A DNA stretch of 51,122 nucleotides from Myxococcota bacterium (GTDB taxonomy: Bacteria > Myxococcota > JACRCW01), in contig JBFMGU010000046.1 of assembly GCA_040752415.1 (NCBI GenBank), forward strand, positions 1 to 51,122. Direction: 5' to 3'. The notes under the pieces were generated by a model. It was not told where the DNA came from. It did not search any database and saw nothing but the letters and a program-made list of their open reading frames with translations. Below are positions 20,563 to 31,853 of the stretch, piece by piece; the first letter of the stretch is position 1; every line of letters starts with the position of its first letter. The translations under genes and the position numbers were made by a program.

Positions 20563-21633
20563 ATGCGGCGGGCGGCCACCCTGGTGACGATGTTGGCGGT
20601 CCTCGGCGCGTTCTACGTCGATCCGCGGGAAGCGCGCGCGTGCAGCTGTGATGCTCGGCCGTGGTTCTTCGCTCCCCCCGCCGACGGAGAGATCCCCACC
20701 AACAGCGTCTTCCACGTGGGCATCACCTTCGACGAGGCCTGGGATGTGGACCGGCCCAACAACCCCGACGGGCTCTTTCTACTCGGTGACGCCAACCCCG
20801 GCGTCAATCCATTGCCCTCCGTCACCGTGCGGCGCGCCAGCTCCCAGCTCCAGGACGTGCTGACCATCGTTCCCGACGAGCCGCTGCTGCCAAACGCCAC
20901 GTACCGCCTCCAGGTGGCGTACTTTGCGCAGGAATACCGCACCGGCATGGGACCCTCTCCCGACGAGACCTCGACCGTGACGCCGCTCGCGCTGCACCCG
21001 GTCCACCTGGGGGACGGCGAGAACAGCGAATGCATGGACGCGTTCCGCTTCCCGGTGGCCGAGCTCTCCGTCGACGGCGTGGCGCCGGGCACCCTCGCGC
21101 ACATCTGGGTCTGGCCGCAGGCCGAGGCGCAGCCCAGCACGCCGTCCTTCTTCGTCCCCGGCGCCTGGCTCGAGGGCGGCTGCCTGTGGATGCGCGGCGG
21201 TGCGTGCGTGCGCGGCGGCGTCTACAGCCAGCCCGGCGTGCCCCAGTGCTTCCGCCTCGCGCTGGAGGACCGCAGCGGCCAGCTCGGCGCGCCCTCCGGC
21301 GTGGTGTGCACCGACGAGCACGAGATCACCGTGGCCACGGAGAACGGCGCCTGGCCCGACGCGTGGCCCGCTTGCGGCTCCACCCCACGCCCCGACGCTG
21401 GCCCCTCCGACGCCGCCATCCCTGACGCGGCCCTTCCCGACGCCGCCGCTCCCTCCGACGCCGCGCCCGCTCCGTCGGGGGACGGCGCCGCGCCCGACGC
21501 GCACCACGCCGACGCCGCCGGTGACGCCGTGCGGGTCGCGGGCGGGTGCGGCTGCCACGCGGGAGGAAACGCCAGCCCGGGCGCAATCCTTGCCTCGTTG
21601 CTGGCGCTGAGGCTCCGTCGCGCGCGGCGGTGA
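20563..21633 (+). CDS. Secreted Ig-like protein with a MYXO-CTERM-like sorting tail
   Basis: Signal ending ARA-CSC, PDA-rich linker and C-terminal GGCGC...ILASLLALRLRRARR. Confidence 0.75.
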   Translation: MRRAATLVTMLAVLGAFYVDPREARACSCDARPWFFAPPADGEIPTNSVFHVGITFDEAWDVDRPNNPDGLFLLGDANPGVNPLPSVTVRRASSQLQDVLTIVPDEPLLPNATYRLQVAYFAQEYRTGMGPSPDETSTVTPLALHPVHLGDGENSECMDAFRFPVAELSVDGVAPGTLAHIWVWPQAEAQPSTPSFFVPGAWLEGGCLWMRGGACVRGGVYSQPGVPQCFRLALEDRSGQLGAPSGVVCTDEHEITVATENGAWPDAWPACGSTPRPDAGPSDAAIPDAALPDAAAPSDAAPAPSGDGAAPDAHHADAAGDAVRVAGGCGCHAGGNASPGAILASLLALRLRRARR

Positions 21634-21818
21634 CGTCGTCAGGTGCGGTTCTCCGTCGGGGCGCGCGTCCGCCTCCGACGGGGCGCCACCCGCCCCCCGC
21701 CCATCCGGTGCGACACACGGGCGTCACCTTCGACTCTTGCACCCGCGCCAATGCTTGCTAGAACGCGTCTCCTGCCTGTAACGGCCACGTCGCGCCGCCC
21801 TGATGGCAAGGAGCGTTG

Positions 21819-23759
<1,941 letters not shown>

Positions 23760-23809
23760 GCGATCGACCACGTCTGGACCCGCGCGATATGCCTGCGGGC
23801 GCGTGGAGC

Positions 23810-24002
23810 AGTGGTCAGGTCTCCCTCTCCCTCTCCCTCTCCCTCTCCCTCTCCCTCTCCCGGGAAGTCAGCGGGCATGGGAACGCCGTTCCCCCGCGCC
23901 CCCGCACGCTCCACAGGAGCGATGAGCCATGGGTACCAGGCACCACTGACTTCCCGGGAGGGGGAGGGGGAGAGGGAGAGGGAGAGGGAAAACCTGACCA
24001 CT
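23810..24002. repeat. Intergenic hairpin element with (CTCCCT)n/(AGGGAG)n arms, copy 1
   Basis: Left arm AGTGGTCAGGT-(CTCCCT)6-CTCCCGGGAAGTCAG. Right arm CTGACTTCCCGGGAG..GGGAAAACCTGACCACT. A homologous copy is at 34531. Confidence 0.85.
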
Positions 24003-24031
24003 CAGCCAAGAGACCCGACGCCACTGCAGCG

Positions 24032-27000
24032 CTACGGCAGCACTTCCGGCGCGTTGTAGACCAGCAGCGCATCCGTCTGCGCCGCGTGCTGCACGGTGGC
24101 CCACGAGAGCCCGCGCGCGCTGCGCGCCACCCGCACCTCGTCCAGCGTGCCCACGAAGAACGGTGGTGTCGGGAAATTGAACGTCTCCACCGTTCCCGCC
24201 CCCAGCGTCACCGCCGCGGCGCCACTCCAGCGCGGCACCGTCCCGTCGCCGGCGTTGCCAAACGTGGCGTCCACACCGTCGACGAAGATGCGCGGCCCGG
24301 TGGTCCCGGTCTGGTCGCTGATCACCACGTGGTACCAGGTGTTCGCGCTCCACGTGCGCGCCGCGGTCCAGCGGTAGCGCGCGCCGCCCGCGCCGCCGTA
24401 GTCCAGCTTCACCACCAGGCTTCCCGTCGGTGGCTCGGTGCCGGCGTAGTAGTCGTTGCCCACCAGCGCCAGGTGGAAGTTCTGCTCCGCGTTCTCCATC
24501 TGCGCCATGAGCAGCCGTGACGTCGTGGCGCCGGGGCCGAAGGTGCCGTTCACCTTGAACCACACCTCCACCGAGACCGCGTCGCGGATGAGGAAGCCGT
24601 TGCTGGCCGCCGCGCTGAGCTTGTCCGCCGCGACGGAGAACGACTGCCCACCGGCGATCCTCCCCGTCCCGTTGTTCGCGGCGGGACCGGTGAAGTTGTG
24701 ACCCTTCCCGGTGCTGTCGGCGAATCCCGCGCCCAGGTGCCACACCGCCTCGTACGCCGGGGACCACACCGCGCTCGACGACGTCGGCCCCGCCGGCGCG
24801 CCGTAGTACATCCAGAAGTAGTCCGCGTTGGGACTGCGCAGCAGCGTGGGCAGCTTCACCCAGATGAGCGAGGTGCCCAGCGGATCAAACAGCTCCACCT
24901 CGTGCGGGAGGACGGTGGTGCTGCCCGGCGCCAGGAACACCAGGTCGCTGCCCTGCTGCCCGAGCAGGCCGTAGTCCACCCGGCTCCCATCCAGGATCAC
25001 CAGCACCGGCACGTCGGTGAGCTCCTGGTCGCGCGTCACGTCGCTGCGCACGTCCAGGCGGATGCGCCCTGCGTAGACCGGGTCCGGGACATTGATGTTC
25101 ACGTCGACGCGCACCACCACCTGCCCGCCGTTCCCGTCGGTGGCGCGGATGCGGAAGGAGTCGGCGCCGGTGGCGCTGGCGTTGGGGGTGTAGATGAGGT
25201 GGAGATCCCCGTCGGCCAGCCCGCTGAGGGTTCCGCGGTCCGGGGCGCCCTCCTCGGTCAACGTGAGCGCGTCGCCGTCGGCGTCGGAGAGGTTCAACCG
25301 GATCACGCGCGGCACGTCCTGGTCCACCAGCACGGTGAAGTCCTGGCCCTGCGGCGGGTCGTTCACCGGTTGCACCGTGACGCTCACCGTCCCCGTCGAC
25401 TGTGCGCCCTGCGCGTCCTGCACCACGTAGGTGAACTGGTCGGGACCGTTGTAGTTGGCCGTCGGCGTGTACGTGATGCGCGCGCCCGACCGCACCGCGG
25501 TGCCATGCGCCGGCGTGCCCACGCCCACCAGCTGCACCGCGGCGCTGTCGACGTCGGTGTCGTTGCTTACGGGGAACACCTCGCCGCTGCTGTCCTCGTT
25601 CACCACCAGCGTGTCGGGCACGGCCACGGGCGGGTCGTTGGCGGGCTGGATGACCACGTTGACGGTGGCGCTGGAAACGCCGGAGACGCCGTCGCCCACC
25701 ACGTAGGTGAAGCTGTCGGTGCCGGTGTAGTCGTTGGGCGGGACGTAGCGCACGGTGCCGTCGCGCAGCAGCGTCACCTGGCCCAAGGCCGCGCTCGACA
25801 CGCTGTCCACGCGCAGCACGTCCCCGTCGGGATCGGTGTCGTTGGCGAGCACCGGCATGAGGGTAGGGACGTCCTCGAACATGAACACCGCGTCGGTGTT
25901 GGCGGTGGGTGGGCTGCCCACGGGTGCGTCGTTGCGGCTCTCCACCGCCCCCAGGGTCAGCCAGTCGCCCGCCATGGCCAGGTGCTCCGCCAGCATCCAG
26001 TCCGCGCTCCGCGTCACCGACGAGATGCGCACCTCGTCCAGCTCGCCGTGGAAGTAGTTGATGGTGCCAATCTCCTCCGCACCCAGGGTGCCGCACGCGG
26101 CGGGAGTGCTCGGCATGACGGGGCTGAGATGGGCCAGCCCGGTGTCCAAGGTGTCCACCACGCCGTCGACGAACAACGCATGCGTCCCCGCCGCCAGGTC
26201 AATCACCGCCGCCGCGTGCGTCCACTCGCCCACCGAGAAGGGAGCGGAGGTGGTGGCCGAACGGAGCGCGGACTCGTCGTCATCCTGGCTGCGCGCCACC
26301 ATCTGCAGGTTGCTGCTCGGCGACAGGCCGATGTTGGCGCGCGAGGAATCGTCGCAGGTGGCACCACCAATGGAGTAGCCCACGAACTCCCGGCTGCCGG
26401 TGGCCTGGATGGAGGCGGGTCGCGCCCAGGCCGACAGCGTGACGCCGGAGGTGTTGGTGAAGACAGGGGCCTGCGCGGGGAGCGCCACGTAGTCGCCGCT
26501 ACCGTCGAGGAACAGGGCCCCGCCCACCACGCCTTCCGAGGCCACGGCGTTGAGCACGGTTCCATCCAGCCACAGTGACGACGAGTCGCGCGCATCCCCC
26601 TCCAGGTGCCACACGCCCTGGTACCCCTCCGACCACACCTCCGCGCTCGCCGAGCGATCCGACGCGCTGGCGTTGCCCCAGTACAGCCAGAGCTCCACCA
26701 CGCTTCCGCCGTTGAGCTCGGGCAGCTTGACCCACACCAGGCTGGTGCCCGTCGGCTCCCAGCGCTGGATCTCGTGCGCCAACACACTGCTCCCGTCGCG
26801 CACCAGGAACCGCAGGTCCTCACCCGCGCTGCGCGCCAGCGCCAGGTCCACGACGTCCGCGGGCAGCCGCACCAGCACCGGGAAGTTCGTGAGACTCTCG
26901 GTCAGCCCGCGGGTGTCGACGGAAACCAGCAGGCGCCGGGTCCAGTTGGGATGCCACCACGGCTCGCCCACCGGGCCCGCGTCGGGGGCTCCCCCGTCGG

Positions 27001-27439
27001 AGACACCGGCGTCCGGCGGGGTGCCGCTGGAGCTGGTGGCGGTGGAGGACGTGCTGGCCGCGCTCGAGGTCGAGCTGGTGCCCGAGGACGAGGACGACGA
27101 TGACGTCGACGATGACGACGAGCTCGAGCTGGACGACGAGGTGCTGGAAGACGACGATGACGACGAGGTCGACGAAGATGACGACGTGGCGGTGACCGAG
27201 GAGCTGGAGCTGCTCCCCACCGTGCCGCTGCTGGAGGACGCGGCGCCCACCGGCTCGCCCTCCGCGCAGCGACCGTCACCGCAGTGGAAACCGGCGGGAC
27301 AGTCGCCGTCGCTGTTGCACGGCGTGACGCACTCGTTTCCCTCGCGATACTCGCCCTCACCGCACTCCGGGCAGCCCCACTGCCACAGGCAGGAGCCGAG
27401 GAGGAGCGCGCGCACCAGCGTGGAACGGATCCCCATCAT
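24032..27439 (-). CDS. Large surface protein: Cys-rich N-terminus, poly-Ser linker, two DUF2341/LamG-like modules and three cadherin-like (Big_9) repeats
   Basis: LTNFPVLVRL..DLRF..HEI...VWVKLP...YWGN occurs twice, each followed by VWHL and GELDEVRIS-type LamG motifs. It also has N(D)PP.A..D...EDs and VLANDTDPDGD repeats. The ORF extension to 27814 is duplicated DNA. Confidence 0.85.
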   Translation of the reverse strand: MMGIRSTLVRALLLGSCLWQWGCPECGEGEYREGNECVTPCNSDGDCPAGFHCGDGRCAEGEPVGAASSSSGTVGSSSSSSVTATSSSSSTSSSSSSSSTSSSSSSSSSSSTSSSSSSSGTSSTSSAASTSSTATSSSGTPPDAGVSDGGAPDAGPVGEPWWHPNWTRRLLVSVDTRGLTESLTNFPVLVRLPADVVDLALARSAGEDLRFLVRDGSSVLAHEIQRWEPTGTSLVWVKLPELNGGSVVELWLYWGNASASDRSASAEVWSEGYQGVWHLEGDARDSSSLWLDGTVLNAVASEGVVGGALFLDGSGDYVALPAQAPVFTNTSGVTLSAWARPASIQATGSREFVGYSIGGATCDDSSRANIGLSPSSNLQMVARSQDDDESALRSATTSAPFSVGEWTHAAAVIDLAAGTHALFVDGVVDTLDTGLAHLSPVMPSTPAACGTLGAEEIGTINYFHGELDEVRISSVTRSADWMLAEHLAMAGDWLTLGAVESRNDAPVGSPPTANTDAVFMFEDVPTLMPVLANDTDPDGDVLRVDSVSSAALGQVTLLRDGTVRYVPPNDYTGTDSFTYVVGDGVSGVSSATVNVVIQPANDPPVAVPDTLVVNEDSSGEVFPVSNDTDVDSAAVQLVGVGTPAHGTAVRSGARITYTPTANYNGPDQFTYVVQDAQGAQSTGTVSVTVQPVNDPPQGQDFTVLVDQDVPRVIRLNLSDADGDALTLTEEGAPDRGTLSGLADGDLHLIYTPNASATGADSFRIRATDGNGGQVVVRVDVNINVPDPVYAGRIRLDVRSDVTRDQELTDVPVLVILDGSRVDYGLLGQQGSDLVFLAPGSTTVLPHEVELFDPLGTSLIWVKLPTLLRSPNADYFWMYYGAPAGPTSSSAVWSPAYEAVWHLGAGFADSTGKGHNFTGPAANNGTGRIAGGQSFSVAADKLSAAASNGFLIRDAVSVEVWFKVNGTFGPGATTSRLLMAQMENAEQNFHLALVGNDYYAGTEPPTGSLVVKLDYGGAGGARYRWTAARTWSANTWYHVVISDQTGTTGPRIFVDGVDATFGNAGDGTVPRWSGAAAVTLGAGTVETFNFPTPPFFVGTLDEVRVARSARGLSWATVQHAAQTDALLVYNAPEVLP

Positions 27440-27645
27440 GACGTGCCACCCTAGCATCCGCGCCACCCAGATCCCCGCCAGTCGACGGTAGGCCTTCACC
27501 ACCGCGTTCTGGAACTCCCAGGCGTCGGGGTCCTTGGCGTCGGGATCCTGCTGGTAGCGCACCAGGAACGTGTTTCCCGCGCGCAGTTGCACCTTGACCA
27601 GGCGCGGGCCCAGCTCGGCAAAGCGCGGATAACGCGCCAGGGCCT
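27380..27645. repeat. Diverged direct duplication of 29574-29838
   Basis: About 14 differences in about 266 bp by manual count. Includes the 3' part of the 29660-29887 ORF with its stop changed TGA->TGG. Confidence 0.92.
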
Positions 27646-27647
27646 GG

Positions 27648-27838
27648 GTGCGCGAAACCCCGGCGGCCGTGGACTGGCTGGGCAACGGGCGACTCGAGAT
27701 CGCGGTGCCCCAGCGCGACCTCGTGGTCAGCGTGCAGCTCGGCACCGGCAGCCCACACCCGCGCTCACGCAGCTGGCCGGAATACCAGCGCGACAGCCTC
27801 AACAGCGGCTGCATCCACGAGCAGGACGTGCTGCCGTG
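27648..27838 (+). pseudogene. Duplicated 3'-end fragment of the 31850-33706 gene (copy of 33515-33705)
   Basis: 191 bp with about 13 mismatches by manual count. Encodes VRETPAAVDWLGNGRLEI...QDVLP; the stop TGA is changed to TGC. Confidence 0.9.
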
Positions 27839-27951
27839 CCGCGCTCATACCGTCGGCCCTTCAATCCCGACGAGAGAGGCCGCGTTCTTGACCATCGCCG
27901 TGTGGCAGTGGCACTCAGCCATGCCGGGATGACCGCCGCAAAGGGGGTGGT

Positions 27952-28670
27952 ATGCCGCGCTGGGCGTTTGGACTGTCATTGGTTCTGCTGGGCGCGTGCA
28001 TTCCCAGAGCCCTCCAGACTGGTCGCGGTAGTGACTGCGAAGACCGACGTCCCGAGGGCACACGCTGCTCCATGGAGGAGCAATACACCTGGGGCTTTTG
28101 TGACGGCGACCCTACGATGGCTCGTCGGAGCGGTCGGAATCCTGCCTGTCTTCGCCGTGTGGCGAGGGACTTTCGTGCGTGGGGGGCGTGTGCCGTCTGC
28201 ATTGTGAGGAACCCCTCCATCCTTGCCCCGACCACCTGGCCTGCGAGCCTTCCCAAGACGGTGGCCCCATGTTTTGTGCTCCGCTGGACGCGCGATGCAC
28301 CGCAGCGGCGGACTGCGGCTCCACGCTGACGTGTGCGGACCGCCATTGCCGAGTGCCCTGTTCCGCCGGGTGCAAGGCAACGCAGCGCTGCGCGTCAAGC
28401 GGGTGTGTGGATACCTGTCATCAAGTGGATCGCTGGTGCGACTTCTCAGCGGGGTACCGCTGCCTGCCCGCGGAAAGTGGGGCATTTCTGTGCATGACCA
28501 ACAACCCGGACGCGCGCGAAGGCAGCCCCTGTGAGCAATCCGCAGATTGCGCATTTGGAGATGTCTGCCGAGCGGATAGCTGTCAACCGTACTGCACGGA
28601 TTCACGGAGCTGTCCGTCTCGCATGCGGTGCACCCGTCATGACGCCGGGTGGGGTGTGTGCGATCCTTGA
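27952..28670 (+). pseudogene. Cys-rich lipoprotein split by a frameshift near 28110
   Basis: The lipobox LLGAC is in the 27952 frame. The Cys-rich EGF/Dickkopf-like repeats continue in another frame that opens only after a TGA at 28101. One added base in GACCCTAC joins them. Confidence 0.65.
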
Positions 28671-28809
28671 CCGTCACCTCGCGCGCGGCTGATCCGGGCG
28701 TTCTTGTCGTCCCTGTCGGGGAAGCGCCGCCGTGACCGAAGCAGAATCAGCTTAGGGACAGAACCAATCCGGTGCACCGGCCGGCCGGAGATGGTTCGCT
28801 GGACGCCGT

Positions 28810-28829
28810 GGGTTATACCGGTTATACCC
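28810..28829 (+). promoter_or_regulatory. Putative TA operator / -10 region
   Basis: GGGTTATACCGGTTATACCC is a tandem GGTTATACC repeat and near-palindrome, 5 bp before the antitoxin GTG. Confidence 0.6.
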
Positions 28830-28834
28830 AGGAC

Positions 28835-29095
28835 GTGAAGACCGCCATTTCCCTGCCCGACGATCTGTTTGCCCGGCTGGAGGCGTTTGCGCGTCGTGCC
28901 AAGCTCACCCGGAGCGGTGTCTTGGCCATGGCGGCCCGTGAATTCCTGGACGCGCACGGTGATGACATGGACGCCACCGCCGCCTGGAATGCGGCACTGG
29001 CCCGCGGCGGGCCGCCCGGCGAGGACAAGATCGCGGCAGCGTTCCGTCGTCGCAGCCGCCAGGTGCTGCGCCAGGGGAGCGACGGCTGGGAATGA
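28835..29095 (+). CDS. Ribbon-helix-helix (CopG-like) antitoxin
   Basis: MKTAISLPDDLF..LE..A......RS.V...A.REFL, with an ATGA overlap with the toxin. Confidence 0.88.
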   Translation: MKTAISLPDDLFARLEAFARRAKLTRSGVLAMAAREFLDAHGDDMDATAAWNAALARGGPPGEDKIAAAFRRRSRQVLRQGSDGWE

Positions 29096-29436
29096 TCCGC
29101 CGGGGGCAGATCTGGTGGGTGGACCTGGGCGAGCCCCGCGGCTCCGGGCCGGGGTTGCGCCGACCGGCGCTCGTCCTCCAGCGCGACGAGGTCAATGCCA
29201 GCCGGATATCCACGGTCGTGGTGGGCGTGCTGACAACCAACCTGAACCTGGCCGACGCCCCCGGGAATGTGCTGCTGTCCCGCAAGGTCACCCGGCTGCC
29301 CCGGGATTCTGTCCTCAGCGCCTCGCAGTTGGCCACGCTGGATCAGCGGGACCTCCTGGAGTTGGTGAGCAGCCTGCCCCGCGCCGAGATGGAGCGCGTC
29401 AGCCGTGGACTGCGGTGGTTTCTTGCGCTGGAGTGA
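29092..29436 (+). CDS. mazF: MazF/PemK family toxin
   Basis: Motifs RRGQIWWVDLGEPRGSGPG.RRPALVLQ, LTTN, APGNVLL and LPRDSV...Q..TLD. Confidence 0.92.
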   Translation: MIRRGQIWWVDLGEPRGSGPGLRRPALVLQRDEVNASRISTVVVGVLTTNLNLADAPGNVLLSRKVTRLPRDSVLSASQLATLDQRDLLELVSSLPRAEMERVSRGLRWFLALE

Positions 29437-29573
29437 CGTCAGTCCAAGGCGCATGCCCCGCGCCACGCGTTGTGGCGGATGCACTCGCTGGTGCGGCTGA
29501 TGCACCAGGCCATTCCATCCAGGCCAGCCATCACGCTGTTGCCCATCACAAAGACCCCCGCGTTCCCGGGCAG

Positions 29574-29633
29574 CTGCCACAGGCAGGAGCCGAGGAGGAG
29601 CGCGCGCACCAGCGGGAACGGATCCCCGTCATG
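29574..29633 (-). pseudogene. Frameshifted remnant of the 5' end (signal peptide) of the 24032-27439 gene
   Basis: Near-identical to 27380-27440 but missing one base; homology ends at about 29566. Confidence 0.75.
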
Positions 29634-29659
29634 ACGTGCCGCCCTGGCATCCGCGCGAC

Positions 29660-29887
29660 TCAGATCCCCGCCCGCCGACGGTAGGCCTTCACCACCGCGT
29701 TCTGGAACTCCCAGGCGTCGGGGTCCTTGGCGTCGGGGTCCTGCTGGTAGCGCACCAGGAACGTGTGTCCCGCGCGCAGCTGCACCTTGACCAGCCGCGG
29801 GCCCAGCTCGGCAAAACGCGGATAGCGCGCCAGGGCCTCCTGCAGCGCGGCGCGGAAGTGCTCGTCGTCAACGGTGGTCTCCGGCAT
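29660..29887 (-). CDS. Hypothetical protein (75 aa)
   Basis: GAGGAG RBS. The duplicate copy differs mostly at synonymous sites, which supports coding status. Confidence 0.75.
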   Translation of the reverse strand: MPETTVDDEHFRAALQEALARYPRFAELGPRLVKVQLRAGHTFLVRYQQDPDAKDPDAWEFQNAVVKAYRRRAGI

Positions 29888-29896
29888 GCCCGCTCC

Positions 29897-30283
29897 TCAG
29901 CCCAGCGCCGTGATCTGCAAGGCCCGCGGGCCCTTCTTGCCCATGATCTCCACGCGCTCCCCCACCACGCGCCCCAGCAGCGCCTTGCCCACGGCGGCCG
30001 CGGGAGTGGTCACCAGCGCGGCGGAAACCATCTTGCCCACCACCAACCCTTCGCCGGCGGGCAGCACCAGGTAGCGCGCGCGTCGACCATCCGCCTCCTG
30101 CACGTCCACCACGCACCCCAGTTCCACGCGCTCCGGCGTCGTGGGGAGCGAGGCGAGCACGCGCTCCACCGCCGCCACCTCGTCGGGGGAAGCGCCCTTC
30201 TGACGCAGGCCCTCCACCGCCGCACCCACCAGCGCGGACTTGTTCAGGCTCTCGACGTCACCCGGCGGCTTGGCCATGGGCAT
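29897..30283 (-). CDS. GreA/GreB C-terminal-domain protein (short)
   Basis: RVELGCVVDV...YLVLP..EG....VTTPAAAVGKALLGRVVGERVEI, with a GAGGAG RBS. Confidence 0.75.
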   Translation of the reverse strand: MPMAKPPGDVESLNKSALVGAAVEGLRQKGASPDEVAAVERVLASLPTTPERVELGCVVDVQEADGRRARYLVLPAGEGLVVGKMVSAALVTTPAAAVGKALLGRVVGERVEIMGKKGPRALQITALG

Positions 30284-30287
30284 CTCC

Positions 30288-30746
30288 TCACTTGGCCGCG
30301 GCCAGCATGCGACCCGCCAGGAACTCCCCCGCCGCGTCCAACCCCTTCTGCACCATGGCGCGCCCCGCCTCGGACTCCAGCGCCTGCCGCGCCGCGTCGC
30401 TGACCCGCCCCACGTTGGCATCCATGAACGCGAAGAGCGGGCTCATCTTCTCCTGCGCGCTGCCGGTGGCGGCCATGGGACGCGGTCCGCCCTTGGTCAG
30501 GGCCTTGAAGAGCTTCTCCAGCAGCGTGTTCTCGTCGAGACTGGGCCGCGCCTTGCGCAGCGCGCGCCACACCGCGTCGCACAGCGGCTGCTGGAGGCGT
30601 CCTTCCGTCAGCGCGCTCTTGACGTCGTCATAGACGTCCTCCGGCAGGTTGTTCTGGGCCTTGGCGTAGCTGGGGGCCAGCTGCTCGCACAGCACATTGA
30701 CGGTGAGCAGGTGGCTCACCCGTGGCGGAGTGGGACTGGTGCTCAT
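30288..30746 (-). CDS. Hypothetical protein (152 aa)
   Basis: Strong GC3 codon bias, GGAGG upstream and operonic spacing with the next gene. Confidence 0.7.
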   Translation of the reverse strand: MSTSPTPPRVSHLLTVNVLCEQLAPSYAKAQNNLPEDVYDDVKSALTEGRLQQPLCDAVWRALRKARPSLDENTLLEKLFKALTKGGPRPMAATGSAQEKMSPLFAFMDANVGRVSDAARQALESEAGRAMVQKGLDAAGEFLAGRMLAAAK

Positions 30747-30815
30747 GTGGGCGTTGTACCTCCGTCGGACGCCTCGCGTCGTCGGTGGCGGGGCAGATAG
30801 CATGGAGGGCACGTC

Positions 30816-31853
30816 ATGTTCTCCCTCCTTTTGCTCCCCTGCGTGTTGTCTTCCGCGCTGCCCGGCGGCGCAACCGCGCTGGTGCCCGCGCACGGCGAAC
30901 AGGTCAGCCCCGTCGAGGCCGAGCAGATCCAGGCCCTGGCCCGCGCCGAGCTGGAGCGCGCCGGCGGCATCAAGCTGCAATCCGCCGCCGACACCCTGCT
31001 GGGCCTGGACCAGGCGCACGACGCGGGCTGGACCTGTCGCGGGGAGGCCGCGTGCCTGGCGCAGCTGGGGAAGTCGCTGGGCGTGACCAACGTGATCCAC
31101 TCCGAGCTCTCGGTGGTGCCCGGCGGGCTCAGGCTCGCGCTGCAATCCGTCGACGTGAGCCAGGCCGCCATCACCGCGCGCGCCACCTCAAGGCTCCCCG
31201 CCGACCCCGCGCACCGGACCGCCGCCATCCAGCGTGCGGTGCGCAACGTGCTGGGACGTGGACACGCGCTGGTGATCCACAACGGCGTGCCGGAGGCGCT
31301 CGTCGAGCTGGATGGAGAGCCGCTGGAGCTCGCGTCGGGAGAGACGGTGGTGGGCGGGCTGGCACCGGGAGCGCACACGCTGCGCATCAGCGGCGCGGGG
31401 CTTCCGCCCGTCGAGGAGACCGTGGTGGCCGCCGGCCGCGACCCACCCGCGGTGCACATCGGCGCGGGCGCGCTGCGGGTGCGCGTGGGTGGGCAACCGG
31501 TGACATCCACGTCGTCATCCCCGGGCGGGAGCGCGTCGTCGCCCATCCTGCCGCTCGGCCTGCTCGGCGGGGGCGCGGCGGGGGCGGAGCTGGCGGTGGT
31601 GGCCTCGCTCGTCGGGACCACGGGGCTCGTGCTCGGGGCGGCCCTGCTGGGAACGTTGGCGCGGGAGCCCGGCAGCCAGCGCATCATGGCCCGCGACGGT
31701 CAGACCCGCGCGCAGCTCCAGGCGCAGCTCGTCGGGGGACAGCTTCTCCTCGCCGTGGGCGCGCTCTCCGTCGGTGGCGCGGTGGTGGTGGCGTTGGTGG
31801 CGGCAGGGCTCGGCGCCGCGGGACTCCTCCTTGGCCTCACGGGTGCACCATGA
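30816..31853 (+). CDS. PEGA-domain membrane protein
   Basis: C.GEAACLAQLGK.LG motif, PEGA-like LVIHNGVPEALVELDG...LAPGAHTLRIS and two C-terminal TM helices. Confidence 0.75.
   Translation: MFSLLLLPCVLSSALPGGATALVPAHGEQVSPVEAEQIQALARAELERAGGIKLQSAADTLLGLDQAHDAGWTCRGEAACLAQLGKSLGVTNVIHSELSVVPGGLRLALQSVDVSQAAITARATSRLPADPAHRTAAIQRAVRNVLGRGHALVIHNGVPEALVELDGEPLELASGETVVGGLAPGAHTLRISGAGLPPVEETVVAAGRDPPAVHIGAGALRVRVGGQPVTSTSSSPGGSASSPILPLGLLGGGAAGAELAVVASLVGTTGLVLGAALLGTLAREPGSQRIMARDGQTRAQLQAQLVGGQLLLAVGALSVGGAVVVALVAAGLGAAGLLLGLTGAP

Noticed and set aside
23811..24072. ORFs with SPSPSP / ERERER repeats
   Set aside because: They are translations of the non-coding (CTCCCT)n hairpin element.
27440..27814. 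N-terminal extension of the 1260-aa ORF
   Set aside because: It is made of duplicated fragments: the antisense of another gene's 3' end plus a small ORF with a lost stop. The real signal peptide starts at 27439 or 27436.
30722..31849. Upstream part of the 994-aa ORF
   Set aside because: It is an Arg/Gly-rich off-frame read of the PEGA gene. The real start is the ATGA-coupled ATG at 31850.
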